This document shows positions 12,126 through 23,550 of a DNA stretch of 64,000 nucleotides, piece by piece (within the stretch, counting starts at the first letter, position 1; every line of letters begins with the position of its first letter). The notes beneath the pieces were generated by a model that had not been told where the DNA came from, searched no databases, and saw nothing but the letters and a program-made list of their open reading frames with translations. A program made the translations under genes and the position numbers. Source of the DNA: Malacoraja senta (lineage: Eukaryota); contig CM075992.1 in NCBI GenBank assembly GCA_038087875.1, forward strand, positions 10,294,001 to 10,358,000, in the 5' to 3' direction.

Positions 12126-14345
12126 CGGGTAGCCGGCGGCGACTTCAGACTCCGGCTGCCCGCAGAGGGGTACAGCCAAACGGAGTCTGAGAGGCCTAGA
12201 CTGGGACGAGTCAGGCCAGGAGGGTTCCCCTCCGTCATAGGTACGTCCTCGGACGTTTGTACCCAGATGGAGCATGGATAGCGTCCGCAGGGCGTTCATC
12301 ACACTAAGGTGATGCTCCATCCTGATATGGCCCATGGAGGAGCCATATCAGCGCACCTCGAAGGCCTGCGGCAGCACCTCTTTCAGGGCTGCTTACAAAT
12401 CTCCCTCTCTGTGAAGGTGAGTGCGAGGGGTGAGTTGGTAACTGACTCCGTACTCGGAAGTATGTCTGGGGAACATACTGGAGTACATGCGTGAGGTTCC
12501 GGAAATTTCTGTCATGGCATCATGGGTTGCGATATCCTCACAAACGAAGGAGCTCGAGCTGGAAGAGTTGGCTTCCAGCCATTTGACAGAAAACCCGGAG
12601 GGGCCAGAGTTCCCCTCGCGAAACAGCAGCTACCTCAGATCACATCATTAAATTGTTCCTGAAAGTACCGGCAGTGAACAGCGCTATGTGGGGGTGATAT
12701 TGGACGTGGCATGAAAAGCCAGGAAATGAAACTCCAACAAATTTTTAAAGATTACTGGCCTGGTGTTGATGTGCAAAGCACACTTCAAAATGATGTCCAG
12801 CCGCCGAATCTTCTCTTCACGGAAAACCTGTCCAAACAGGTAAGACCGGGATGAGGAAACAAAAGCTGTCGGACTAATCAAGGTACCAACGACGAGCAAA
12901 GCTTGTCAGCGACAACACACCCCACGCCTCCATCGGCAGGAAGCGGTTCACTGAAGCTGGTGGCAGCTTGAAAACTGGGCACTGGTCTTGCAGGCCAAGG
13001 CCCAACCCGGTCCTCAGGAAAATATGGGATCCACGCACCCCAGTAGTCCTACTTTCCAAATCAAGGACGGAAATAGAACCCGCATCAGGGGCCTTTGGGC
13101 TAATCATAAGACCACCGGTAACCATGGAGGTAGGTGGGTCTGGTTCTTTCTGAAACATGGGGTATGTGGACCATTTACAAGTTGGTAATATTTACATTTG
13201 TTTTTCTACAAATGACAATGATAACTTGAGATTAGTTAATACTGCACAGTATGCAAGCGAGACAGGCGCGGAAATTGGCCAGAGTTCTCGGAAATTTCAA
13301 GGCAGGCTTGTGGCAAACGCGGCCTGTTCATTGTCAACAGGTACAACTCGCTTGTGCAGTATAGACATTTCTGAATAGGAAACTTCGTGACTGTCTAACT
13401 TCCATGGGATCCGTTTCCATTCCCAGGGATCAGCGGAGATATTGAAATTTGGCTGGATGGGGCAATGATAACAGTTAAAAGCGTTGCAAAATGGGCTAAC
13501 CAGCTCTCAGGTTATTTACCAAATTACTAAAACCAGTGCTTCGGCTGCTCAGAGCTAAAAAACAATTGGTATGGCCTACTTGGATGATATTCTAAACGCT
13601 GTGTTTTGCAAAATTAGCTGTATCAGCCACAAAACTATATTTGAGAAATTGACTTTCTCATCCATCCAGTTAAATTTAAGTTGATACCAACTGAAATTAT
13701 TGATGATTGGGATTTACCTTTAACTCTATTAATTTGTCTGTGACTCCGCCCTGAGGCAAGAGATTGGAATTAATTGAAGCTTGTAACAACCTTGTTGTTA
13801 TCAAGCAGCCTTCTATTCATCAAGTGTGGCAATATATTGGCTTTTCAGCTGTGCTATTTGGGCCTTTGCATTATCAGAACTTACAGCGTGCAAAAGAGTA
13901 AGCTCTCTAGTACCATGTAGGTCATTGCTAACAGACCTATGCTATTAGCAGCTGAAACTATTAAAGTCACTATGGTGGACGAACAGTAATCAGCATTGCT
14001 GCACTAACTTTTCGTCAGTAAATCTTCAGTTATAATTACAAACTGATGCTATTGCTCAAAGATGGAAAATTATTAATACCGTCTCTAGTTATGGAGACGG
14101 ATGGGATTTGCATGAGTTACCAATTCTTCAGTTATATGGTATCAACTACCTATAGACACTAGGTACATTCTGTGGGTTAAATGGTTTGTGCGAATATGCA
14201 TAATCTGCATGCTCAAGTCCAAGTTGATACACTTTGGTGGTGGAAATGTTAAATCACATGGGTGCTATCAAGTCAAAGTATCCGGTGATAGTTTACCTAA
14301 CCTCATTTGGCGCTGGTGTATCATCACGTAAAATCAATGACAACA

Positions 14346-17144
14346 GAATTTTTTCAGCGTCCAACGAAATAATTGATAAATCTTGTTCTTCTGATTTATG
14401 TGAGTGCATTATATTGAGTAGACGTCTCATATTATTAGATGAATATCTTTTAGGGATAAACCCCGTCTGATCTGGGTTTATTAGTATACTAATATATTTA
14501 CTTAATCTTCTAGCTAATGTTTTCGCTAATATTTTTTGATCTGTGTTTAACAACGCTATAGCTCTATATGAACCCGGTTCTTCTATATCTTTGTCTTTTT
14601 TAAGTATTAGTGTGATCGTTGATTCAGCTAATGTATCAGGTAATATTTGTTTTTTTAAAGCGTTTTGGTACATTTTTTGTAATCGTGGTATAATTTTGTC
14701 ATAGAAGCTTTTATAAAATTCATTAGTAAATCCATCAGGACCTGGTGTTTTTCCATTCTTTAATGAGTTTATTGTATCTTCTAATTCCATAATTGAGATT
14801 TGTGCTCCCAATTCCTCTTGTTCCTTCAACTCTAACTTTGGAAGATTACAATTATCCAAAAACCCTGTAATTTTATTGGAGTGAGTTGTCGTTTTAGATG
14901 TATACAAATTCTCATAAAATTGCGCAAATCTTTTATTAATTTCCTTCGGTATGGTTAATAATTCCCCTCTATCTGATTTAATCTTTGGGATCGTATGTTC
15001 TTTTTCTCGTTTTTTTAGATGGCGAGCAAAAAAGTTTATGCGGTTTATCCACAAATTCAAAGTGCTCTTGTTTTGTAATTTGAAAAAAAGTCTTATAAGT
15101 TTGGCGGATAATAGTTTATTTAATATAAATTTCAAAATTATTATTTTATTATGTTTATCTATTGATGGATCTTTAGCATTATCTATATCCATTTGTGTAA
15201 TGTTCCTCTAACTGTCTTTGTTCATTCTTTTTATTTTTATTTTGAAAAGCTTGATATGAAATTATAATACCTCTAATGTATGCTTTAAAAGATTCCCATA
15301 TTACAGTAGGCGATATATCTGGGGTGTCATTTATTTCAAAAAAGGCGTCTATTTGTTCTTTTAAATATATACTCGCTTGTGGATCTTTTAGGATTTGAGA
15401 ATTAAATCTCCAAAACGATTTATTCTTAGACATTCCTTCCAGTTTTAAAAAGCAAGTTAGTGGTGAATGGTCTGAAATCGAATTTGTATGATATCTTGGG
15501 TTCAAAGTATGAGGGATTAATTTTGTGTCCACCAGGAAATAATCTATACGTGAGTATGTTTTGTGTACCACTGAATAAAACGAGTATTCCCTGCCAGTTG
15601 GATTAGCAATTCTCCAAATATCTTCTATATTAGTATTGTTTATATAAGTATTTAAAAGTTCACCGGTTTTAGATTTCGAATTCCCTCTCTGATTTTGGCT
15701 TGATTTGTCTAAATACGGATCTAAAACGCAGTTAAAGTCCGCTCCTATTATAACATTTTGATAATTAAACTCTGCGGTTATGTTCAGAATTTTATTGAAA
15801 AAATGAGGGTTGTCAAAGTTAGGCGCGTATATATTTACCAAAGTAATTTGAGTATCATTAAGTCCCTGTTTTTCTTTATTTTGCATTTTGATGTGGGGGG
15901 GGTCAAGGACAAATCACTTCCCGGTCCCTACCTGGTCGGTGAGGCAGCCTTCTCTCCGGCTGCCCAGTCGACCCGTCCTCGCGGCCTACTAGCGGGCGTG
16001 GAGCGGCGTGGAGCGGCGTTTCCTGGCGGGGCCGCACAGCACACTCAGCTTCGGTGGCGGCACGGCGCTGGAGCGCTATTGCGCAGCGGAGCGGGCGATG
16101 CTTTGCCTGGGTCGCCGCGCTGGACCGACGCGCTGGAGCTCCGGTGAGCTGGACCGCCGAGCTCAACACCTCCGGGCTGCGGGACTGTGGAGCGACCATC
16201 CGCGGGCGGCGGCGCCGACTCCAACGTCGGGAGCCTTGAGCTCCAATGCGGCGCGGCCTTGTCGGCTTCAGGTGCTGCGGACGCCTGCGGGAAATTGGCC
16301 GTTCCAGCCGTAGTTGCGGCCTCCGGTGAGGGATGTGGCCGTTCCAGGTGGCCCAACCGCTAGAGGACTCTCCCGACGCCGGGGCTACATCACCCGGCGA
16401 GAACGGCCAGGATCATCGGGCCTCCGTAGAGGCAATAGCGGGGGCTTCATTTGACCTGACTTTTTTGGGTGAACTGGGGCTGGGGACTGGACATTGTGCC
16501 TTCCCCCACAGTGGAAATCATTGTGGGGGGATGATTTTTGTATGTCATTGTTTGTAATTGTATTTGTTAGTCTGCGTTCAAGATGGCGGTCGGAGGGGAG
16601 AGTGGACACTGGCGCGGCTTCGCTGCCGCTGCTCTCTCCTCAAATTGTGCTTCTGATTTTCTTTTTTGTGTTTTTGGAAGGAATTCTGTCCCTGATTTGT
16701 GTATTGGTCTTCATAACTTATTTTTTTTTAAATTCTGATTATATGTTTCCAATAAATCGCTGTAAGGTGTCCTTGAGACCTCGGTATAAGGCGCCCGTAA
16801 ATAAAATTCATTATTATCATGAATTTCTCCATTAACTATTAAATATCTCCCTTCAATGTCTGTTATGGTATCTTTGCTTTGAATGGTATACCTTTTCTTA
16901 TAATGATTGACGTACCTCTAGATTTCGAAGTAAATGAAGAATGGTATGTTTGACCTATGCATTTTGCCCTCCACCTAGCTTGATCATGAGATTTTAGATG
17001 AGTTTCTTGTAAGAAGATAATGTCAGAGTTGTACAGTTTCATCTGAGCTAGTATCTTACCCCTTTTAATAGGTTCGTTAATACCTCTTATATTCCAACTA
17101 CAGAATGAGACTCCTCCTAGGTTCTTTTGTTTAGCATCTTGCAT
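14346..17144 (-). pseudogene. L1 ORF2p (APE endonuclease plus N-terminal RT), split by frameshifts and an insertion
   Basis: ORF pieces 16863-17144, 15179-15858 and 14346-15192; reads VNGEIH|DTQITLVNIYAPN once 15859-16820 is removed. Confidence 0.9.
15859..16814 (+). mobile_element. GC-rich non-autonomous retroposon with L2-type tail inserted in L1 ORF2
   Basis: Ends tgtaaggtgtccttgag...aggcgcccgtaaataaaattcattattat; flanked by TATCAT at 15853-15858 and 16815-16820. Confidence 0.75.
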
Positions 17145-17749
17145 TTTGAATAATTATAGTACCTTTAAATCTTGTGGTGCGTCCATATCCCAGATCTTTG
17201 GGTATTGGGGGAACCTTTGAATTTCTAAGTTTTGTTGGCATATCCCTTTTACGCTTATCACTAAACACAAAACACAAACATGTGAATTTATGTGATATTA
17301 ATAATAAATTAAAAAAATTAAAAAAGTGAAAATACAGTGTCTAAAATAGTCGACACTGTAACAAGTGGCCCACCTGTAGGTGGGAGAAAACCTTGTTTCG
17401 ACTTCCATTGTTGGTGTTAAACAAATAACTCCGCTCTCTTGGTTAATCATAACATATTAGAATGGGGCCTCACATTCAGATATATAATACAAATTTACCC
17501 TATATATTTCATTATAACATATCATATATATATCGCAATTTTAGCTACTAATTATTAAACAAATGATTTTAGCTTCAATAATAGTCAACTGTTGGTTGAA
17601 GGGGTTAACGAGACGCGCCCCTGGACCTAAGCCAGGTGCTCGTTTCTCATCCCCTCCTCCCAGTTATAGATAAGGTTTGAATTCAGTAAAAATTCATATT
17701 CGTTTTGTTAGTTCGTTATTTTTTATTTTTATTAGCGTCCGTAACTATT

Positions 17750-17952
17750 TGATTTTGATTCAATTTATTGTCATTGCACTTTTCAGTGCAACGAAATGGT
17801 TTAGCCTGCAGTCATAACATAGAATAAATAACAAAACCACACGCTCAACACAGTTTAACATCCATCACAGTGAGTCCACCACGCACCTCCTCACTGTGAT
17901 GGAAGGCAAGAAGTCCCAAAGTCCATGTCTCTTCCCTCCTTGCTCTCCCTCT
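17750..17952 (-). mobile_element. Short 3'-end fragment of a non-LTR retroposon within the L1 inter-ORF region
   Basis: (tttga)n tail and tttattgtcatt; shares a hairpin with 37400-37580. Confidence 0.65.
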
Positions 17953-18308
17953 ATTCTAATCTAACATAGATAACTTGTTAAATTGTTAGGTTGTTAATAG
18001 GATCAATTCTTACAATTTGATTTAATATTGTAGTCTATTAAACAATTAATGCTTCTGGTATATTCCATTCTCTTCAGTTCAGCTGTTTACTCGTTTGGAA
18101 CATAGAGTGTCCTTGATTCGAAATTCCACAGATAACAGTCTAGCCATCCTAAACAAAACACTGCTTGGAAAGGTTCTAATCTGCCAAACCTCCATTAACC
18201 GTGGAATTCTAGTTTTTTAAAAAAAGAATTAATTCATCCTATTAATTACTATTTTTCAACGATGCTCTGGGCATATTTGTAGGCATCCTCAGGGTTTACA
18301 AATTACCT

Positions 18309-19025
18309 TTAAGAACCGTTAAAAGAAATACACATTTTGGCTGGATAAAAAACACCGTATCTGACACCTTGTTTCCCTCTTAAAAGCTCTTTAGCCTTTC
18401 CGAATTGATTTCTCTTTTGCACAATTTCATACGGATAGTCCCTGAATATTTTGATAATGTCATTGTCCAACCGTAGCTGCACTCCGTATTTAATTTTGCT
18501 CATCATATCTTCCAGTTCTAAAATGTCCCGAAATTTCACAATAATATGTCGTGGGTGGGCTTTTCCAGCTTGAGATCTCGGTTTAAATCTTGGAACACGA
18601 TGAGCCACTTCAATTTTCGGTTCTTTGGAGAGATTAAGCAGATGTTTAAGTAAGTCCTTGGCAAACTCACGAACGTCCTTTCCCTCGGGTCCCTCTGAGA
18701 CTCCAAGAATTCTCAAAATCTGCCGTCTAGAGCGAGCTTCCAGGTCCAGGCATTTGTCTGAGACTTTCCCCAGTTGAGTCATCATCTGTACTGAAGTTTG
18801 CTCATATTCTTGCTTCCTTTGATCATGTTCTTGCCTCATTTTCACCATGTCTTCAACCACTCGAGCCACATTTTTCTCCAATTCCATAAGTGTGAGCATA
18901 CTTGCAGCTACTGTTTCAAGCACAGCCGTGAACCTGTCCGTAGTAATTTTTTCAATCTTATCCATTCTCCCCGATAGTCCATCTTTCACATCATCAATTC
19001 GTTTATTTAGTGTCCGGTGAATCAA
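18309..19025 (-). pseudogene. L1 ORF1p (Transposase_22-like RRM), N-terminus frameshifted
   Basis: 238-aa ORF with a coiled coil followed by L1 ORF1 RRM motifs. Confidence 0.85.
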
Positions 19026-19534
19026 TCACCTTCTGATTACCAGCATCAATAGCCTTCTGATTACCAGCATTCGAATCCAACATCATCTTTTCGATTTTTC
19101 CTTCATTTTTCCCATCAGAGATTTATTTTCATCCAAAATTTAATCTTTCATATCTTTCACTGATTTCTTCAAATCCTCAAATTATTTGTCCTTACCCGGC
19201 TCTGTCTTAGATCTTGTATCCATTTCTGCAGCCACTTCAGAAACTTCAGAGGTAACTTCTCCTTCAGGCTTCTTCTGAGTTTTCAGCAGCTTTTTCACTG
19301 TTCTCTGAGGGCTCTTGGCTGGAGACAGTTTTCTCATTTAAAAGTCTTTAAGCCACCGTTTAAAACATCGCGCTTACTGATGACGTCATCAGCCCGGCGA
19401 CCAGAAGCTCCGGTAAGGTTTTTAATCCAATCCCGACTTATGGACCCGTTTTTACACGAAAAATCGCGAAATTTTTCGAGAGCGGAGCTAGGTGCACGTC
19501 TGTTAATCTAACATAGCGCCACCGGAAGGGTATC

Positions 19535-20135
19535 TAGATTATGAAGGGTATCTTCAACTCGAAACGTCGCAGGCCCAGGTATGTAGAGATATGGGGTGTT
19601 AAAATTGTGCTACGACGCATCGCCTACATCCCTGTCCTTGGTCAAACTCACTTACAAAGTGGTTATGCTCATGGCGCTGAGTTCAGCACAACGGGTCCAG
19701 TCATTGCATAAGCTGTGACTGGACAGGATGATTACATCTGCAGGCAAAATAACATTTTATGTTTATGACTTAGTCAAGCAGAGTAGACCAGGGGCATCAG
19801 GTCTCAAACTAGATTTGTTGGCATATCGCATGGACCTTCAGTTGTGTGTGGTCACACATCTACACCAGTATGATAAGGCCATTAAGTGCCTTAGAGACTC
19901 TGAACTAGCAATGTTTGTTAGTTACACAAAACCCCATAAGAAGGTATCAATACAGACCATCTCCAGGTGGTTAAAACGGGTTCTGGCTTATACAGGAGTG
20001 CACACTGACATTTTCAAGTCTCACTCCACCAGGGCTGCAACACCATCAGCAGCAGGGTTATGGTTGTTTCGCGGGACCACATCCTAGCGGCTGCAGGATG
20101 GTCAAACGAACGATCTTTCCAAATCATTTTAGAAC
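19535..20135 (+). pseudogene. DIRS tyrosine recombinase C-terminal region (disrupted)
   Basis: MKGIFNS; KLTYKVVMLMALSSAQRVQSL; ORF 19728-20087 LCVV..TISRWLKRVL..FKSHSTRAA; then ILAAAGWSNERSF in a shifted frame. Confidence 0.85.
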
Positions 20136-22037
20136 TAACCCATTGCCAGACCGGGGGTATTTGCCAACTCTATTTTAGGTTCTGTTTTTAGTTTCCTCCC
20201 GGTTGAGGGGGGTTGCTATTATCATTTTTGTTCATTAAAAAGCATCAACATGTCTATATCTATGTCATGTCTGAATACATTATTAATGTTCACTCATCCT
20301 TGGTCAACTGATGCAGTGTGACGCATGGACTCGTTTCCACGGCATGAAATCACAGAGCTTTGAAAATCTTCACGTAGTCACTCACGTGATTCCGAATTAA
20401 AATAGTAAGATTAAACGAGAACTTACCAGTTTGAAGTTTGATCTTCATTTTATGAGGAGTTACGTTGAGGGATTACGTGCCCTCCACTCCCAACACTCTA
20501 TCATTAAGGTCAGCTGGTCTTCTAGTTTCTCTAATCTTACTATGTTCAGTTCAACAACTGTTATCTGTGATTCCACACCGCTGCTTTGAAGTTTGACGCG
20601 CATGCGGGCCGGCGGGCTCTTCACGTAATCCCTCAACGTAACTCCTCATAAAATAAAGATCAAACTTCAAACTGGTAAGTTCTCGTTTAATCTTACTATT
20701 AATACGCACCCACGAGCTCCCCACGAGACATTCAATGCTGACGAAAGATGAATCTTCCAAAAACAGTCTCTTGATTAATAGTTTATTTATTGTAGTAGTA
20801 CAAAGAGTAAGGCAATACTAGCTTCTTCTTGTATAAGCAAATTTAAATCATACTCGTGGTCATGCTTGTGCATGGTCAAGAACTCTGTCTCTTCCCCGAT
20901 CTTCCTCGAACTAAACCAAACTAAAGTTCTAGGGAATCTGCGCCAGAATCTCAGGCGCAAACATGCCTGAGACTACGTATAAATCCCACCCACATAATTA
21001 GAGGCAGATAAAATTTAAAGGTAACTGGTTATAGTTATAACATACTGAGTTGAGCTAAATGGTTACAACTAATTGTTCTGAGTATATAACGAGGCGATTA
21101 CTATTAGACATTGAAAATAAGCTATAAAACATATAAAAAGTATATCAAAAAACAAAAAAGACATGCATTACATATCAGCATTCAGATTTCTTTAGCGATT
21201 CTCCCATCTTCACATTCACCTTCTAGAAGCAAGCATAACTTGGTTATTGGTCTTATTGAAATTGTTCTTAGTTTGTAGTCGAACTGTGCGCACTAACCCC
21301 TTAAGGTCAGACATGATCGCCAGTATCTAGTCCGAAACTGAAAAGTGCAATGTTTTGACAGTGTGAAACTTCTTCCTCCATGTCCGATCAGTTCATGGAT
21401 ATGTCGTAAAAATAACGTTCACATATGAAAGTCCTTCGAGAATATAATAGTATATTAGCCTCGTCAGCCATTAGCAGTTTATTCAGGTGTCCTCCAACTC
21501 TCAGAAGGCCTTCTTCCAATACTGGATCAAGTTTGTACATATGACTGTCTCTTTTGACACCATGTACTCCAGCTCCAGACGTCGATCTATCCTATTTGTA
21601 TTTCTGTCTTTGACAGAAATATGTAATCGCGTTTTCTGCTTTGAGGGATCATAAAGATATACACATTGTAGGTCGTACGATGCCTTAAACACTTGCATCT
21701 TCTTTTAAACTTTTTCCTTCAGTATTTCAGTATCTTCTTCAAAGATACCTGCAGCAATATCTTTCCTTTTCATGCAAACAGCAATAACATTGCTTTTGCT
21801 TTTTGAAACCAAGCCACCACATTCACCAGCTTCTTCCATGATGAAAAGTGATTCAATCATTTGTTGCGTTTGATGAATTTTAAGCAATAACGTTCACTGT
21901 GATGTTTTGTTAAATTTTCGGAGCTAATGGAATATTGGTCTTTATAACAAGAGGATTTCAGTATAGCAGTAAAGATGATCTTCTGCAGTTGTATAGAGCT
22001 CTGGTGAGACCACATCTGGAGTATTGTGTACGGTTTT

Positions 22038-22243
22038 TGTAGATTGATGATGCATGTGAATCAATCACACTTAGCTAGCATCACTAACTCCACCCCATTA
22101 TAACATTTATACTAACGCCCATTCCCAGCACCGTTAGTTGAAGCAGCCAGGATGAACTGACAACACCTCGCTCTGTAACGCTGCCAAGTTAAAGTGCTGA
22201 ATAAAAACGTGTGTAAATCTTATATGCTTTGAAGTGATTTACA
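22038..22243 (+). repeat. Gypsy 5' LTR (206 bp)
   Basis: Begins TGTAG, ends TTTACA, has AATAAA near 22200, immediately followed by the PBS. Confidence 0.9.
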
Positions 22244-22258
22244 TGGTGTCAGAAGTGG
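22244..22258 (+). promoter_or_regulatory. Primer-binding site complementary to tRNA-Leu 3' end
   Basis: TGGTGTCAGAAGTGG directly after the LTR. Confidence 0.85.
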
Positions 22259-22323
22259 TCCTACCCACTCCTCTTGTATAACGGTTTTTATTTTATATTT
22301 TGTGAGTTTTGCTTTACTTTACG

Positions 22324-23550
22324 ATGGCTTCTTCTTGTCGGAAGCCTGAGCCTCTTGTCTTTGATGCCGATAGCAGCGAACGCTGGGCCACGTTTGAAAT
22401 TGATTACCAGCACTACATGAACATTGTAGACCGAAATGAACCAGATGCTGTTAAGGCCTCTCTCTTGCTCAACCTTGCGGGACCTGGTGCCCTTCGCCGA
22501 TCCAGAACATTCCGTTATGCTCCAGCTATCCGTGATGCCCAGGACCAGGTAATTACACCGGCGGAGTCTCCCACTGACCCTAATGTTTTGCTGCGTAAAC
22601 TGGCTCAGATCTGTGACCTGCCCTCAAATCACATTTTGGACAGGGCAAGGTTTTTCTCTCGTCGTCAACTTCCCGGGGAACGAATGGACGCATATATTTC
22701 CTCTTTGATGTATCTAGCACAACGTTGTCGATTTCAGGAAATGCCAGCGGATCAGTTGACTGATCAGTTAACGAGGGATATTTTAGTGAATGGTATCACC
22801 GATCAAAAGCTCAGATCAGAGCTCTTGAGACGGCCAGAGTTATCGCTAGACTACGCGGCCCATGCATGTAGAACGGCTGAACTTGTTGATCCTATAGACA
22901 TTCCGCATGAAAGCAATACCATCAATCTGACGGGCCTCACTAGGCAGCGGACATACACAGATAACAGCCGATCTAAGATCCAAGCTAGCCAGGCAGCTCT
23001 CAGCGTTCCTTCACAGAAATGTCCTAACTGCGGCTATCTACACAGCAGGCAATCCACCTGCCCCGCCCTTGGGAAGGCTTGTAATTACTGCAAAAAGCTA
23101 AATCACTTTGCCTCAGCCTGTCGGGCTGCTATCAGGGCCCGAGGAAAGAATGCGCCCAGTCCCAAGTCTAATCTCAATTTTTTGCAACGAGACAGCAACA
23201 TACTGACTCCCCATTTCCAGCTCGAAGCCGCCCCCGAATGTATTTCATTTGACTCGCAAGACGAACCTACTGTTTACATGTTACAGCATGCTGCTGCCAA
23301 GAACTCTGATCCTACAGTGACGATATCTGTAAACAATGTTGCTTTTGGCGCGAAACTGGATACGGGGTCGAGAGTCAATACAATGTCAATCAACCTTTTT
23401 AACAGGATCAGGGCTAACGAGCCACTTGTCAAGGACGCGTCCACTTTGCATGCTTTTGGTGGGGAGGTGCTATTTCCTCTGGGCAAAGCCAACTTGAAAT
23501 GTGTACTGAAGAAAACAACTAGGGAATTGACTTTCCATGTGCTGGACTAA
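22324..23550 (+). CDS. Gypsy Gag-protease (open to a premature stop)
   Basis: Zinc knuckles CPNCGYLHSRQSTC and CNYCKKLNHFASAC; aspartic protease LDTGS. Confidence 0.85.
   Translation: MASSCRKPEPLVFDADSSERWATFEIDYQHYMNIVDRNEPDAVKASLLLNLAGPGALRRSRTFRYAPAIRDAQDQVITPAESPTDPNVLLRKLAQICDLPSNHILDRARFFSRRQLPGERMDAYISSLMYLAQRCRFQEMPADQLTDQLTRDILVNGITDQKLRSELLRRPELSLDYAAHACRTAELVDPIDIPHESNTINLTGLTRQRTYTDNSRSKIQASQAALSVPSQKCPNCGYLHSRQSTCPALGKACNYCKKLNHFASACRAAIRARGKNAPSPKSNLNFLQRDSNILTPHFQLEAAPECISFDSQDEPTVYMLQHAAAKNSDPTVTISVNNVAFGAKLDTGSRVNTMSINLFNRIRANEPLVKDASTLHAFGGEVLFPLGKANLKCVLKKTTRELTFHVLD

Larger units (their letters stand above)
14346..19528 (-). mobile_element. L1-clade LINE with intact 5' end, truncated in RT
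   Basis: 5' end CTTCCGGTGGCG at 19528; ORF1 with DLEARSRRQILRILGVSEG..AHRV..PRHIIVKF; ORF2 with SWNIRG, FLQETH, YSRIDYFL, SDH, KTPGPDGFTNEFYK, DQTGFI, SLDAEK. Confidence 0.92.
11591..20700 (+). mobile_element. DIRS1-like tyrosine-recombinase retrotransposon, degenerate, interrupted by an L1
   Basis: Left ITR 11591-11650; right ITR and extension 20594-20700; internal complementary region 20367-20479 complementary to both termini; RT motif MAYLDDIL at 13571; RNase H remnants near 14040-14340; YR motifs at 19535-20135. Confidence 0.92.

Noticed and set aside
19539..19570. Hammerhead-like look of tatgaagggtatcttcaactcgaaacgtc
   Set aside because: Lacks CUGANGA and a stem II; better explained as DIRS recombinase coding sequence (MKGIFNS).
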